Below, piece after piece: positions 46,585-55,287 of a stretch of DNA of 64,000 nt. Source of the DNA: Bacteroidaceae bacterium (GTDB lineage Bacteria; Bacteroidota; Bacteroidia; Bacteroidales; Bacteroidaceae); NCBI GenBank assembly GCA_016291905.1, contig JAEEZS010000067.1, forward strand, positions 7,926 to 71,925, in the 5' to 3' direction. The notes under the pieces were generated by a model, which saw nothing but the letters and a program-made list of their open reading frames with translations, did not search any database and had not been told where the DNA came from. Within the stretch, counting starts at the first letter, position 1. The number at the start of each line of letters is the position of its first letter. The position numbers were made by a program, and so were the translations under genes.

Positions 46585-47997
46585 ATGAAAACAACTCTCC
46601 GTCCCGCTGTCTGCCGCTGCCTCCTCACCCTCGTGCTGCTCCCCCTCGCCCTTGCCGCCTTGGCCCAGCAGCCATCGCTCCACCAGCTTCAGCAGCAGTT
46701 CATCGACCGCCGCTTCGGCATGTTCATCCATTTCAACATGCCCACCTTCTGCAACCAGGACTGGCCCGACCCCGACGCCCCTGCCGACCTCTTCAACCCC
46801 ACGCAGCTCGACTGCCGCCAGTGGGCCCGCGCCGCCAAGACCGCCCACATGTCCTACGGCTGCCTCACCGCCAAGCACCACAGCGGCTTCTGCATCTGGG
46901 ACACCCAGACCACCGACTATAACGTCATGCACAGCCCCCTCCGCCGCGACGTCGTGCGCGAGTATGCCGACGCCTTCCGTGCCGAGGGCCTTGCCGTCTA
47001 TCTCTACTACTCCATCCTCGACACCCACCACCGTCTGCGCCCCCACAGCATCCAGCCCAGCCACGTCCAGCTGATCAAGGACCAGCTCACCGAGCTGCTC
47101 ACCAACTACGGCCCCATCGGCGCCCTCATCATCGACGGCTGGGACGCCCCCTGGAGCCGCATCTCCTACGACGACATCCCCTTCGAGGACATCTACCGCC
47201 ACATCAAGTCGCTCCAGCCCGACTGTCTCGTCATGGACCTCAACGCCGCCAAATACCCCCGCGAGGCCCTCTTCTACACCGACATCAAGTCCTACGAGCA
47301 GGGCGCCGGCCAGCGCATCAGCACCAGCCAGAACCGTCTGCCCGCCCTCGCCTGCCTGCCCCTACAGAGCAGCTGGTTCTGGAAGACCAGCTTCCCCACC
47401 GACCGCCTCAAGGACCCCGCCGAACTCGTGCGCGACAACATCGAGCCCTACGGCGACGCCTACTGCACCTTCATCCTCAACGTCGCCCCCAACCGCGACG
47501 GCCTCATGGATGCCAACGCCCTCGCCGCCCTGAAGGAGATAGGCCGCCTGTGGACGCGCACCGGCCACGTCGCCGACCTCCCCGAGACCTCCGCCCCCAT
47601 CATCAGCAGCAACCTCGCCAAGAACCGTCCCACCGAGGGCACGTGGAGCGACGACTATGCCATCTACGACTTTGCCAACGACGACAACTTCGGCACCTGC
47701 TGGAACGCCAACCGCGAGGTCATCACCCCCTGGTGGAGCGTCACCCTCGGGCGCGAGACCCCCTTCAACCTCGTCGTCATCACCGACCGCGACGCCGACC
47801 GCCTGCAGCGCTACCGCCTCGAGGCCCTCTGCGCCGGCCGCTGGCAGACCCTCTTCGAAGGCCACGCCCCCACGACCGAGCGCGTCAAGATACACCGTTT
47901 CCCCACCGTCTGGGGCAGTCAGGTGCGGCTGACGGTGCTTGAGAGCCGCGGCACCACCTCCATTGCCGAAGTCGGCGTCTATTGCGAGCGCAGGTGA
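46585..47997 (+). CDS. GH29 alpha-L-fucosidase with a C-terminal F5/8 type C (discoidin)-like domain
   Basis: Signal peptide MKTTLRPAVCRCLLTLVLLPLALAALAQQ. Motifs FGMFIHFNMPTF and AKHHSGFCIWDT. A TAACTTTG box lies at 46550-46557. Confidence 0.85.
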   Translation: MKTTLRPAVCRCLLTLVLLPLALAALAQQPSLHQLQQQFIDRRFGMFIHFNMPTFCNQDWPDPDAPADLFNPTQLDCRQWARAAKTAHMSYGCLTAKHHSGFCIWDTQTTDYNVMHSPLRRDVVREYADAFRAEGLAVYLYYSILDTHHRLRPHSIQPSHVQLIKDQLTELLTNYGPIGALIIDGWDAPWSRISYDDIPFEDIYRHIKSLQPDCLVMDLNAAKYPREALFYTDIKSYEQGAGQRISTSQNRLPALACLPLQSSWFWKTSFPTDRLKDPAELVRDNIEPYGDAYCTFILNVAPNRDGLMDANALAALKEIGRLWTRTGHVADLPETSAPIISSNLAKNRPTEGTWSDDYAIYDFANDDNFGTCWNANREVITPWWSVTLGRETPFNLVVITDRDADRLQRYRLEALCAGRWQTLFEGHAPTTERVKIHRFPTVWGSQVRLTVLESRGTTSIAEVGVYCERR

Positions 47998-48040
47998 TAA
48001 GATGTCGCCTGTTTCCTATTCCTTTTAATATAGTTTCCGC

Positions 48041-48928
48041 ATGAAGCCCGCTCTGATTTTCCACCAGTATATCTGGATTATCAATACGTTCCGAACCTTT
48101 GGGCGTCTGACTTTTGACGAACTTGCCCAAAAGTGGAAGGCTGACAAAGTAGCCAATGGCAATCCATTGCAGCGCTCGTCGTTTAACCGTCATCGTGATG
48201 CCATTCTCGATATGTTCGGCATTATCATCGACTGCGAGGCTAAAACCTATAAATACTATATCAGCAATCCCGAAGTCCTGAACGACGATGCCATAGAACG
48301 TTGGCTGCTCTCCACGCTTACCGTCCAAGGCGTGCTCTCCGACAGCGTTTCCATCAAGGAGCGGATTGTCTTGGAGGAAGTGCCTGCGGGCGAAGAATAC
48401 CTGCAAACCATCATTCGTGCCATCAAGTCCGGCAAGCGTCTTCGTCTTGGCTACCAACGTTTCGGCACGGAAAGCCACGAGACGACGGTTTCGCCCTATG
48501 CGCTGAAGCTGTTTCACCGGCGTTGGTATCTGCTGGCTTACACAGGGCGCCACATGGCAACCTATTCGTTGGATCGTATGACCAAGGTAGAGATGACGGA
48601 CGAAAGTTTCACCTTTCCTGCCGACTTCTCGGCTCAGGAATACTTTTCGGAGTATTACGGCGTGTTGGCCGACGAGACCCCGATGGCCCACGTTGTCATC
48701 AGAGCCCATGCCTGGACTCCTGACTATATCCGCACCCTTCCTTTGCATTCTTCCCAGCGCGAGATAGGGGCTACGGACATGTACGCCGATTTCTCCTACG
48801 ACCTTCGTCCCACAGCCGATTTTCTGGGCACGCTGCTCTCGCATGGCGACGGTATTGAGGTGCTCGAACCCCTTGAGCTGCGCGAGAAAATGAAGAAAAT
48901 GATAGCCGAAAATCTTAAAAGATATTAA
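48041..48928 (+). CDS. WYL-domain transcriptional regulator (wHTH-WYL-WCX, BrxR/CapW-like architecture)
   Basis: 295 aa with an N-terminal HTH-like region and a central WYL signature (VSPYALKLFHRRWYLLAY). The size and layout match defence-associated WYL regulators. Confidence 0.8.
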   Translation: MKPALIFHQYIWIINTFRTFGRLTFDELAQKWKADKVANGNPLQRSSFNRHRDAILDMFGIIIDCEAKTYKYYISNPEVLNDDAIERWLLSTLTVQGVLSDSVSIKERIVLEEVPAGEEYLQTIIRAIKSGKRLRLGYQRFGTESHETTVSPYALKLFHRRWYLLAYTGRHMATYSLDRMTKVEMTDESFTFPADFSAQEYFSEYYGVLADETPMAHVVIRAHAWTPDYIRTLPLHSSQREIGATDMYADFSYDLRPTADFLGTLLSHGDGIEVLEPLELREKMKKMIAENLKRY

Positions 48929-49003
48929 AATCGCGCAGGGTGTCCCGACTTTTGGGTCACCACCCCTCTTACTTTGCATCCGTAATCATAAAACAGTAGT
49001 ATT

Positions 49004-49348
49004 ATGGAAGCAAAGAAACTCTATTTCATGGATTGCCACCTTGCTGGCAGAATGTATTACGATGCCGACGAAGTATGGGATCAGCTGAAAGTCGGAACAA
49101 TGCTAAAACTGGAGCGCGACAAAGAGAATCATTATGACCCCCATGCCGTAATGGTTGTGTATGAGGACAATGCCGGCGAAGAATTCAAGTTGGGATACAT
49201 CCCTCGTGGCGAAAACGAAACCCTTGCCGGCTTGCTCGAAATGGGTTGGACGGACATCTTCGAGTGTCGCATCAATAAACTGAATCCTGACGCCCACCCC
49301 GAGCACCAGGTCTTTATGACAATAAAAATAAAAAGGAATAAGAAGTAG
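49004..49348 (+). CDS. Stand-alone HIRAN-domain protein
   Basis: 114 aa. LAGRMYYDADEVWDQLKVGTMLKLERDKENHYDPHAVMVVY...LGYIPRGENETLAGLL fits the HIRAN pattern (G..yy...G..l.L.re..N.yD..Av.v....lGyip). Confidence 0.8.
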   Translation: MEAKKLYFMDCHLAGRMYYDADEVWDQLKVGTMLKLERDKENHYDPHAVMVVYEDNAGEEFKLGYIPRGENETLAGLLEMGWTDIFECRINKLNPDAHPEHQVFMTIKIKRNKK

Positions 49349-49371
49349 ATAATAAATACAGAAATAAAACT

Positions 49372-49581
49372 ATGGCAACGTTTTACACAATAAAATGTCC
49401 GAAATGCGGGAAGGTCTTCCATGTCGCCAAGTGGGTGTTTGCGAATTGGGATTTTTCGAAACCCGTACCTGTTGAACTGCGGGACGAAACGCCGTTCCAT
49501 TGCCCCGAATGCAATCATACGATGTGCGTGCTGGACGATGATTTCCACGACAATGTGCTGGAAGTGATACATGGCGACTAG
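49372..49581 (+). CDS. Small zinc-ribbon protein (69 aa)
   Basis: Two CxxC knuckles (CPKCG ... CPECN). The gene lies 23 nt after the HIRAN gene. Confidence 0.6.
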   Translation: MATFYTIKCPKCGKVFHVAKWVFANWDFSKPVPVELRDETPFHCPECNHTMCVLDDDFHDNVLEVIHGD

Positions 49582-49665
49582 GGAGTATAATTCAATCTGT
49601 ATTTGCGTGAATAAAAAAAGAATCATTACCTTTACATTTAATATCACATTTAAAAAACTACAATT

Positions 49666-50304
49666 ATGCAAACGAAAAAGACAAAACGAATTTTCAACCT
49701 GATTATCGTCGATGAAAGCGGATCGATGTCCGTTATACGCAAGCAAGCTTTCGCTGGGATGAACGAGACGCTACAAACCATTAGGAAAATGCAGGAGAAG
49801 TATCCCAATCAAACGCAGCTGGTTACTCTGGTCACCTTTGATAGCGACCATTTCACTTGGCATTATGACAACACACCAGCTTCCGACACAAATGATTTGA
49901 AATGGAAAGACTATAATCCAGGTGGATGCACGCCTCTATACGATGCTATTGGAAAATCCGTCTCAAAAGTAAATGCGCAGATTGACGAAGATGACAACGT
50001 GCTTGTAACTATCATCACGGATGGCGAAGAGAACAGTTCCATAGAGTGGACACTCAAAATGGTTCGCACCCTGATTGAGAAACTAAAGAAACAACATTGG
50101 ACTTTTACACTCATCGGAACAGACAATCTGGATGTAGAGACTATGGCTCGCGGTTTTGCGATAGACGAGCATTTAAAGTTCCAGCAAGACGAAGAAGGAA
50201 CAAAAGCTATGTTCGCTCGCGAACGTCGTAGCCGCGAACGATACAACTGCAGTATTGAGGAAGACATACCACTTCCATCAGGCTCGTTCTTCGAAGAAGA
50301 ATAA
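49666..50304 (+). CDS. von Willebrand factor A (vWA) domain protein with a complete MIDAS motif
   Basis: The motifs IIVDESGSMS (DxSxS), GGCTPLYDAIG (Thr) and IITDGEENSS (Asp) are all present. 212 aa, no signal peptide. Confidence 0.8.
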   Translation: MQTKKTKRIFNLIIVDESGSMSVIRKQAFAGMNETLQTIRKMQEKYPNQTQLVTLVTFDSDHFTWHYDNTPASDTNDLKWKDYNPGGCTPLYDAIGKSVSKVNAQIDEDDNVLVTIITDGEENSSIEWTLKMVRTLIEKLKKQHWTFTLIGTDNLDVETMARGFAIDEHLKFQQDEEGTKAMFARERRSRERYNCSIEEDIPLPSGSFFEEE

Positions 50305-50490
50305 ACAGTATTATCTCAAAGGGACTTTCTTGGCTCAGCTTATCCAAGTCCCTTTGTTTTTCAAAAAAGTCATAGCCTATTTTTTTATTTATCAAATAAT
50401 CCTTAACTTTGTTCCGCAATAAGGAAAAGGAAAGTTATTCTACATTTTTCTTTAATAAGTAAAGAGTGTAATCATTAAAAGGAAGATACC

Positions 50491-51867
50491 ATGAGTGTAT
50501 GTGTTTATTTTAAGACAGAGAAGCAATTAGAGCCTAAAGAAATATTCAAGGCTGTTGCTGATAAAGGAGAGCAGATAATGGTTGTATCATCTGAGTTTCC
50601 AAGTTTGAAATTCGGCAGGATGTATGCAGCTTTGAGGGGCTTGGAAGTAAATCAAGAGGAAGAAGGATTTGAAATCAGAATATGTGCAAACGCTTCCAGA
50701 GAGGATTATCGGCTGTATCCTGTGGTTATAGATGTAATGAACGAGTTAACATCGATAAAAGCTAAAAATGAAGACGATGAGGACATTAATAACCCATATG
50801 AAATATTCAATGATGAATGGATCGACGACCAGATGAAGGCAGATAGAAATGTCACTTGCGCTTTAATAAGATCTTCTGGCGCGTCAATTACATATAACGG
50901 AATGTTCTCGGACTTTTGTCTTGGTTTTCACATCATGAACGGGTTCGAAGTGGATATCAAGAACCCAGATGAATCTAAATATAACGGACTGCTGGAGTAT
51001 CTGGTTAGTGTTCAATGGATGTTGAAAGATAAAAAGGATACAAGCTCTAGGATTTTGATTCAGAATCCTAATGATAAAGAAGAGACGAGGAGCGTGTCTT
51101 TAATCTCCATTAAGAATAACCAACTTGACAAATTTGACTATATCTCACATGCTTCTTTGTTTTGTATAATGAATCAAGATACCGGAGAAGTGGCTATAAT
51201 GCCTTTTGAGCATCTTCCCAAAATAGTGAGAAGCAAGAGCCTTAAAATCATCGATGAATTTTCTTTTTTCAAAGATGGCAGGTTGATGGTCAATAGCGTT
51301 AAGGAAATGATGACATTGGCCAAGCGATATCAGCCACGCGACTTGTTCTATAGGCCTACTTTCCCAGGTAGTGGCTATGACAAAAAACAGCATACCTTTA
51401 TCCTGAAATGGAACCCAGCCATTTCCAGCGTAAAGATGGAAGACCATCTGGAAGGATTACGCAACATTTGGGTAGATGATTTTAACTGGAGTGTATATGA
51501 ATGGGAGAAAGCCGAAATGGGCGATCGCTTCTATCTTGTTAGGGTAGGTGAAGGTAACACAGGAATCGTTATGTCTGGTGTGTTTAGCTCACAACCTTAT
51601 GTTTTAGATGATTGGAGTGGTAGGGGTCGAACTGTTTATTATATGGAGATGAAGCCTAATGTTATCATTGATCCTGATAGAGCTCCAATGATTACAACGA
51701 AGGAATTAGACGAAGCCATTCCTGATTTTACATGGAATGGTGGTCATTCTGGCCACATGCTTACCGATGACCAAGCAATGAAACTGGAGAAACTCTTCGC
51801 GAAATATTTCAAGAAGATTGAGGATAAAGATGATGGCGAAACAATCAACGTGCTTCATCGTTTTTAA
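50491..51867 (+). CDS. Hypothetical 458-aa protein with a C-terminal PUA-like (EVE/ASCH-like) region
   Basis: The N-terminal ~310 aa show no recognisable motif. The C-terminus HTFILKWNPAISS...FNWSVYEWEKAEMGDRFYLVRVGEGNTGIVMSGVFSSQPY resembles the EVE/PUA pattern (W.lK.NP..w...W.v.....GD.f.ly....GIvg.g.v.s.py). A TAACTTTG box lies about 80 nt upstream. Confidence 0.6.
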   Translation: MSVCVYFKTEKQLEPKEIFKAVADKGEQIMVVSSEFPSLKFGRMYAALRGLEVNQEEEGFEIRICANASREDYRLYPVVIDVMNELTSIKAKNEDDEDINNPYEIFNDEWIDDQMKADRNVTCALIRSSGASITYNGMFSDFCLGFHIMNGFEVDIKNPDESKYNGLLEYLVSVQWMLKDKKDTSSRILIQNPNDKEETRSVSLISIKNNQLDKFDYISHASLFCIMNQDTGEVAIMPFEHLPKIVRSKSLKIIDEFSFFKDGRLMVNSVKEMMTLAKRYQPRDLFYRPTFPGSGYDKKQHTFILKWNPAISSVKMEDHLEGLRNIWVDDFNWSVYEWEKAEMGDRFYLVRVGEGNTGIVMSGVFSSQPYVLDDWSGRGRTVYYMEMKPNVIIDPDRAPMITTKELDEAIPDFTWNGGHSGHMLTDDQAMKLEKLFAKYFKKIEDKDDGETINVLHRF

Positions 51868-51872
51868 TTCTT

Positions 51873-52841
51873 ATGTTAGGAGCGATAATTGGTGATATCG
51901 TAGGGAGCCGATGGGAGTTCAATCCTACCAACGACTACAACTTTGAGCTGTTCTCAGACGAGAACGACTTTACCGACGACACCATCTGTACGGTTGCTGT
52001 GGCTGATGCGTTGTTGAAAGGGCGTGACTTTGGCCAGAGCATCCACGACTGGTGCCGACGCTATCCTCATCCGATGGGCGGATATGGATGCTCGTTTGTC
52101 GGATGGGTTCAAAGCGATAATCCCCAACCCTATGGCAGCTATGGTAACGGGGCAGCCATGAGGGTTAGCCCTGTGGCACATTGGTACGAGGAAGTCGGTC
52201 AGGTCCTTGATGCTGCAGCTGCAACAGCCCTTCCATCCCACAACCACGAAGAGGCTATCAAGGGCGCGCAGACGGTGGCATTAGCCATCTTCAAGGCTCT
52301 TGAGTACAAGAGATACCGAGAAGCTGCTTTGCACATCGACGAAATCCTCGCCGAGTGCGTACAGTTCTCCGGCTACGATATAAACATGCCAAAAGCCTCC
52401 GTCCTGAACAAGTTCGACGAAACCTGTCAGGGAACCGTGCCTGTCGCTTTGAAGATTATCAGCATGGCTACCTGTTTTGAGGATGCCGTGCGTCTGGCTG
52501 TCAGCCTTGGTGCCGATGCCGACACGTTAGGAGCCATCACAGGCAGCATCGCCGAGGCAATCTGGGGCATACCGTCAAAGTTGCGAAGGCCGTTTGAAAA
52601 GTTCCTGCCTGACGACATGCTGTCTGTCCTGAATGAGTTCCATCAAGCACGTCCTCGTTCTTTCATTCCCCTCATCGATACCTGTTTTTCGGGCGATGAT
52701 TTTAGCGATGTTTGTTGGGAAATCCTTTATGACGTGGATGGCAAAGAGGGCTACGACAAGATAAAGAGCAAGACGATGAGCGAGCATGAACAGAAACGCA
52801 TGCTGATGGCAGCACGCGCCAAAGCGAGGGAGGTTTGGTAA
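51873..52841 (+). CDS. ADP-ribosylglycohydrolase (ARH/DraG-family) protein
   Basis: The N-terminus MLGAIIGDIVGSRWEF, and GNGAAMRVSP and GADADTLGAITGSIAEA, are hallmark ARH motifs. It starts 5 nt after the preceding gene. Confidence 0.85.
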   Translation: MLGAIIGDIVGSRWEFNPTNDYNFELFSDENDFTDDTICTVAVADALLKGRDFGQSIHDWCRRYPHPMGGYGCSFVGWVQSDNPQPYGSYGNGAAMRVSPVAHWYEEVGQVLDAAAATALPSHNHEEAIKGAQTVALAIFKALEYKRYREAALHIDEILAECVQFSGYDINMPKASVLNKFDETCQGTVPVALKIISMATCFEDAVRLAVSLGADADTLGAITGSIAEAIWGIPSKLRRPFEKFLPDDMLSVLNEFHQARPRSFIPLIDTCFSGDDFSDVCWEILYDVDGKEGYDKIKSKTMSEHEQKRMLMAARAKAREVW

Positions 52842-52884
52842 AAGTATCTTTCATGATTGTTTTGAAAAAAACAAAAAAATGAGT

Positions 52885-52892
52885 TATCTTTG
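52885..52892 (+). promoter_or_regulatory. -7 promoter box TATCTTTG
   Basis: It lies 31 nt upstream of the 52923 ATG. Confidence 0.55.
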
Positions 52893-52922
52893 CATCGAAA
52901 TAATAAAACATAGTCAAATATC

Positions 52923-54632
52923 ATGAGTAAAATAACAGGAAAGGAATATCCCATTTGCGATATTTTCACTTATAAGTTTGAGTATCACATACCTAGTTAT
53001 CAACGTCCTTATGCATGGGAAAAAGAACAAGCTGAAACTTTGTTCGATGATTTATTGGATTTCTACAAGAATCAGCCTAAAGATGACAATTATTTCTTGG
53101 GAAGTATTGTTCTTATCAAGGAAGACGATGAAAACAAACCTTATTCAGACGTGATAGATGGACAGCAGAGATTGACCTCGTTGACAATTCTTCTCTCAGT
53201 AATAGCATCTGTAATAGAAGATGTAAAATTGAGAACAAAGGTCGAAAAATATCTTTATGAGGATGGAGACGAACTAATTGGATTGGCACCTCAACCAAGG
53301 CTCTTTCTTAGACCAAAAGAAAGGGACTTTTTCAAAGATTTCATACAGGATGTGCAAATAGATAAACTGCTCTCATTAAAACCAGATAGCCCAGTTTTTG
53401 ATACGGAAGCCAAAAAGCACATCAGAATCAATTGTCAGGCTTTTAAGGATAGATTAGAGCAGAATTTTGTGCCGGAAAGTGATGATTTCAAGAAATTTGT
53501 TAGTTTTATACTTAAGCGCTGTTATCTAATATCAGTAATGACACCCAGTCAGACTTCCGCCTTCAGAGTGTTTTCTGTTATGAATAGTCGGGGATTGGAT
53601 TTGTTGCCGATTGATATTTTTAAAGCGGATATTATTGGAGAAATTCCTTCTGGTCTTCAGAATTATTATACCCAAAAATGGGAAGATATGGAGAATGATT
53701 TGTCCCGTCAGGGATTCAACGAATTGTTTGTCCATATTAGAATGATTTATGCTAAAGAGAAACTTCGCGAGGAACTTGTTACCAATTTTAAGAAAACGGT
53801 AATATCACAAATAAGTAAATCGGAAGATTTTATCGACAAAGTCCTGTTTCCTTATTGTAAGGCTTTTAATACAATCCGAAAATGTGACTATTCTTCAACG
53901 TCTGATACAGCTAAGCAAATAAATGAAATGTTTAAATGGCTTAACAAAGGATTTAACTATGACTGGATTCCTGCTACATTAAAGTTCATGCTTAGTTATG
54001 GAAACGATTCAAATTACCTGCTGTGGTTTCTTAAAAAAATGGAACGGCTTGCTACGTGTTTAATGGCAACGGGTCAGGATGTCAACAAGCGTATAAACCG
54101 ATATGTCCAAATTCTAAATGAGTTGGAGAATAGAACTAACCATAGTCTATCTTCGCCTTTGGTTTCAATTGAACTTACTGAAGAAGAGAAAGCCTTATTT
54201 ATTGACGTCTTGAGTAAAGATATTTATAATATGACATCAAGATATAGGAATTACATTATTCAACGTCTTGACTCTTTTGTCTCAGATGGAGCTGCCACAT
54301 ATGATGAAAAAGTATTTACGATAGAACACGTTTTACCACAGACCGTCAATCCTGATTCTCAATGGGCTCATCTTTGGCCAGACGAAGCAAAAAGAACCTT
54401 TTGGTTGCACAAAATTGCCAATCTTGTTCCTCTTGCTCGTAGAATTAATTCTGCTGCTCAGAACTACGACTTTGATGAGAAAAAAGAAAAATATTTCACT
54501 AATTCTAGAACAGGTACATCCTCATATAATCTTACTACTCAAGTATTATCCATTCCTGTTTGGACTGAAGAGGTCGTAGAACAACGTCAAAACAATTTGA
54601 TAAACGTTTTCAAAGCAAATTGGGAATTATAA
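52923..54632 (+). CDS. GmrSD-like type IV restriction enzyme (DUF262 + DUF1524)
   Basis: The N-terminal DUF262 motifs are IPSYQRPYAWEKEQAETLFDDL and DGQQRLTSL. The C-terminal DUF1524 His-Me finger motifs are TIEHVLPQ and IANLVPLARRINSAAQNYDF. Confidence 0.85.
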   Translation: MSKITGKEYPICDIFTYKFEYHIPSYQRPYAWEKEQAETLFDDLLDFYKNQPKDDNYFLGSIVLIKEDDENKPYSDVIDGQQRLTSLTILLSVIASVIEDVKLRTKVEKYLYEDGDELIGLAPQPRLFLRPKERDFFKDFIQDVQIDKLLSLKPDSPVFDTEAKKHIRINCQAFKDRLEQNFVPESDDFKKFVSFILKRCYLISVMTPSQTSAFRVFSVMNSRGLDLLPIDIFKADIIGEIPSGLQNYYTQKWEDMENDLSRQGFNELFVHIRMIYAKEKLREELVTNFKKTVISQISKSEDFIDKVLFPYCKAFNTIRKCDYSSTSDTAKQINEMFKWLNKGFNYDWIPATLKFMLSYGNDSNYLLWFLKKMERLATCLMATGQDVNKRINRYVQILNELENRTNHSLSSPLVSIELTEEEKALFIDVLSKDIYNMTSRYRNYIIQRLDSFVSDGAATYDEKVFTIEHVLPQTVNPDSQWAHLWPDEAKRTFWLHKIANLVPLARRINSAAQNYDFDEKKEKYFTNSRTGTSSYNLTTQVLSIPVWTEEVVEQRQNNLINVFKANWEL

Positions 54633-54730
54633 TTCCGATTGCTGCAAAAAACCAAAAAAGAATCTCTGGGAGAGAGACGATAAAAAATGTATAAAATGTA
54701 AAAGTATTGGGAAAATAAAAAAAATCTATA

Positions 54731-54825
54731 TATATTTGCACCCGATAAGAGTGGCAACCGATGCACTTGTGGTTCTGAGCGAGGAATGAGTAGGTTGTCG
54801 CTCTTATTCTTAATATAGTTTTTAT
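54731..54825 (+). ncRNA. Candidate small structured RNA (orphan promoter + 15-bp stem + U-run)
   Basis: A TATATTTG box lies at 54731-54738. AUAAGAGUGGCAACC (54745-54759) pairs with GGUUGUCGCUCUUAU (54793-54807) as 13 Watson-Crick and 2 G-U pairs. T5 occupies 54819-54823. There is no ORF. Confidence 0.3.
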
Positions 54826-55058
54826 CTTCGTGATAGACCAGCAAATCAAAATATTGCTGGAATTATAAGACATTAGGCTTCATGATGAAATAAATTTTAG
54901 GCGGTAGCCAGTCAAAGAATACTATATCTTGTGGACAAATACATCTCAGATGAGGCAAGGGCTAAAGGAGAAGAGCTGATGAGAAAGTATGACGTTTATT
55001 ATCCGATAATAAGGCGTAGGATATGTTAGGGGAAAGGCTTTCAAATAATCCGCCCGGA

Positions 55059-55125
55059 CGGATTTTGACACTTGGAAAATGATTTTGACCAAATGACCAA
55101 ATGACCAAATGACCGCACGCGAATC
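55059..55125. repeat. 67-bp direct repeat, copy 1 (solo arm of the GGTCATTT-iteron element)
   Basis: cggattttgacacttggaaaatgattttgaccaaatgaccaaatgaccaaatgaccgcacgcgaatc. It is identical to 55756-55822 apart from 2 mismatches. Confidence 0.85.
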
Positions 55126-55287
55126 GTATCAGTAGCCGAAGTCGCCCGAAGAGAATCGCCAGGGACAGGACAACCGATCCGCTGAATTATAGTTCCCCCG
55201 ATACGCCACAATGTATTTTTGCTATATCTTTGCAGATATATACTCCTTGATTTTTGAAATAAGCTGGCGGGCAGGTGCTACGTATGG

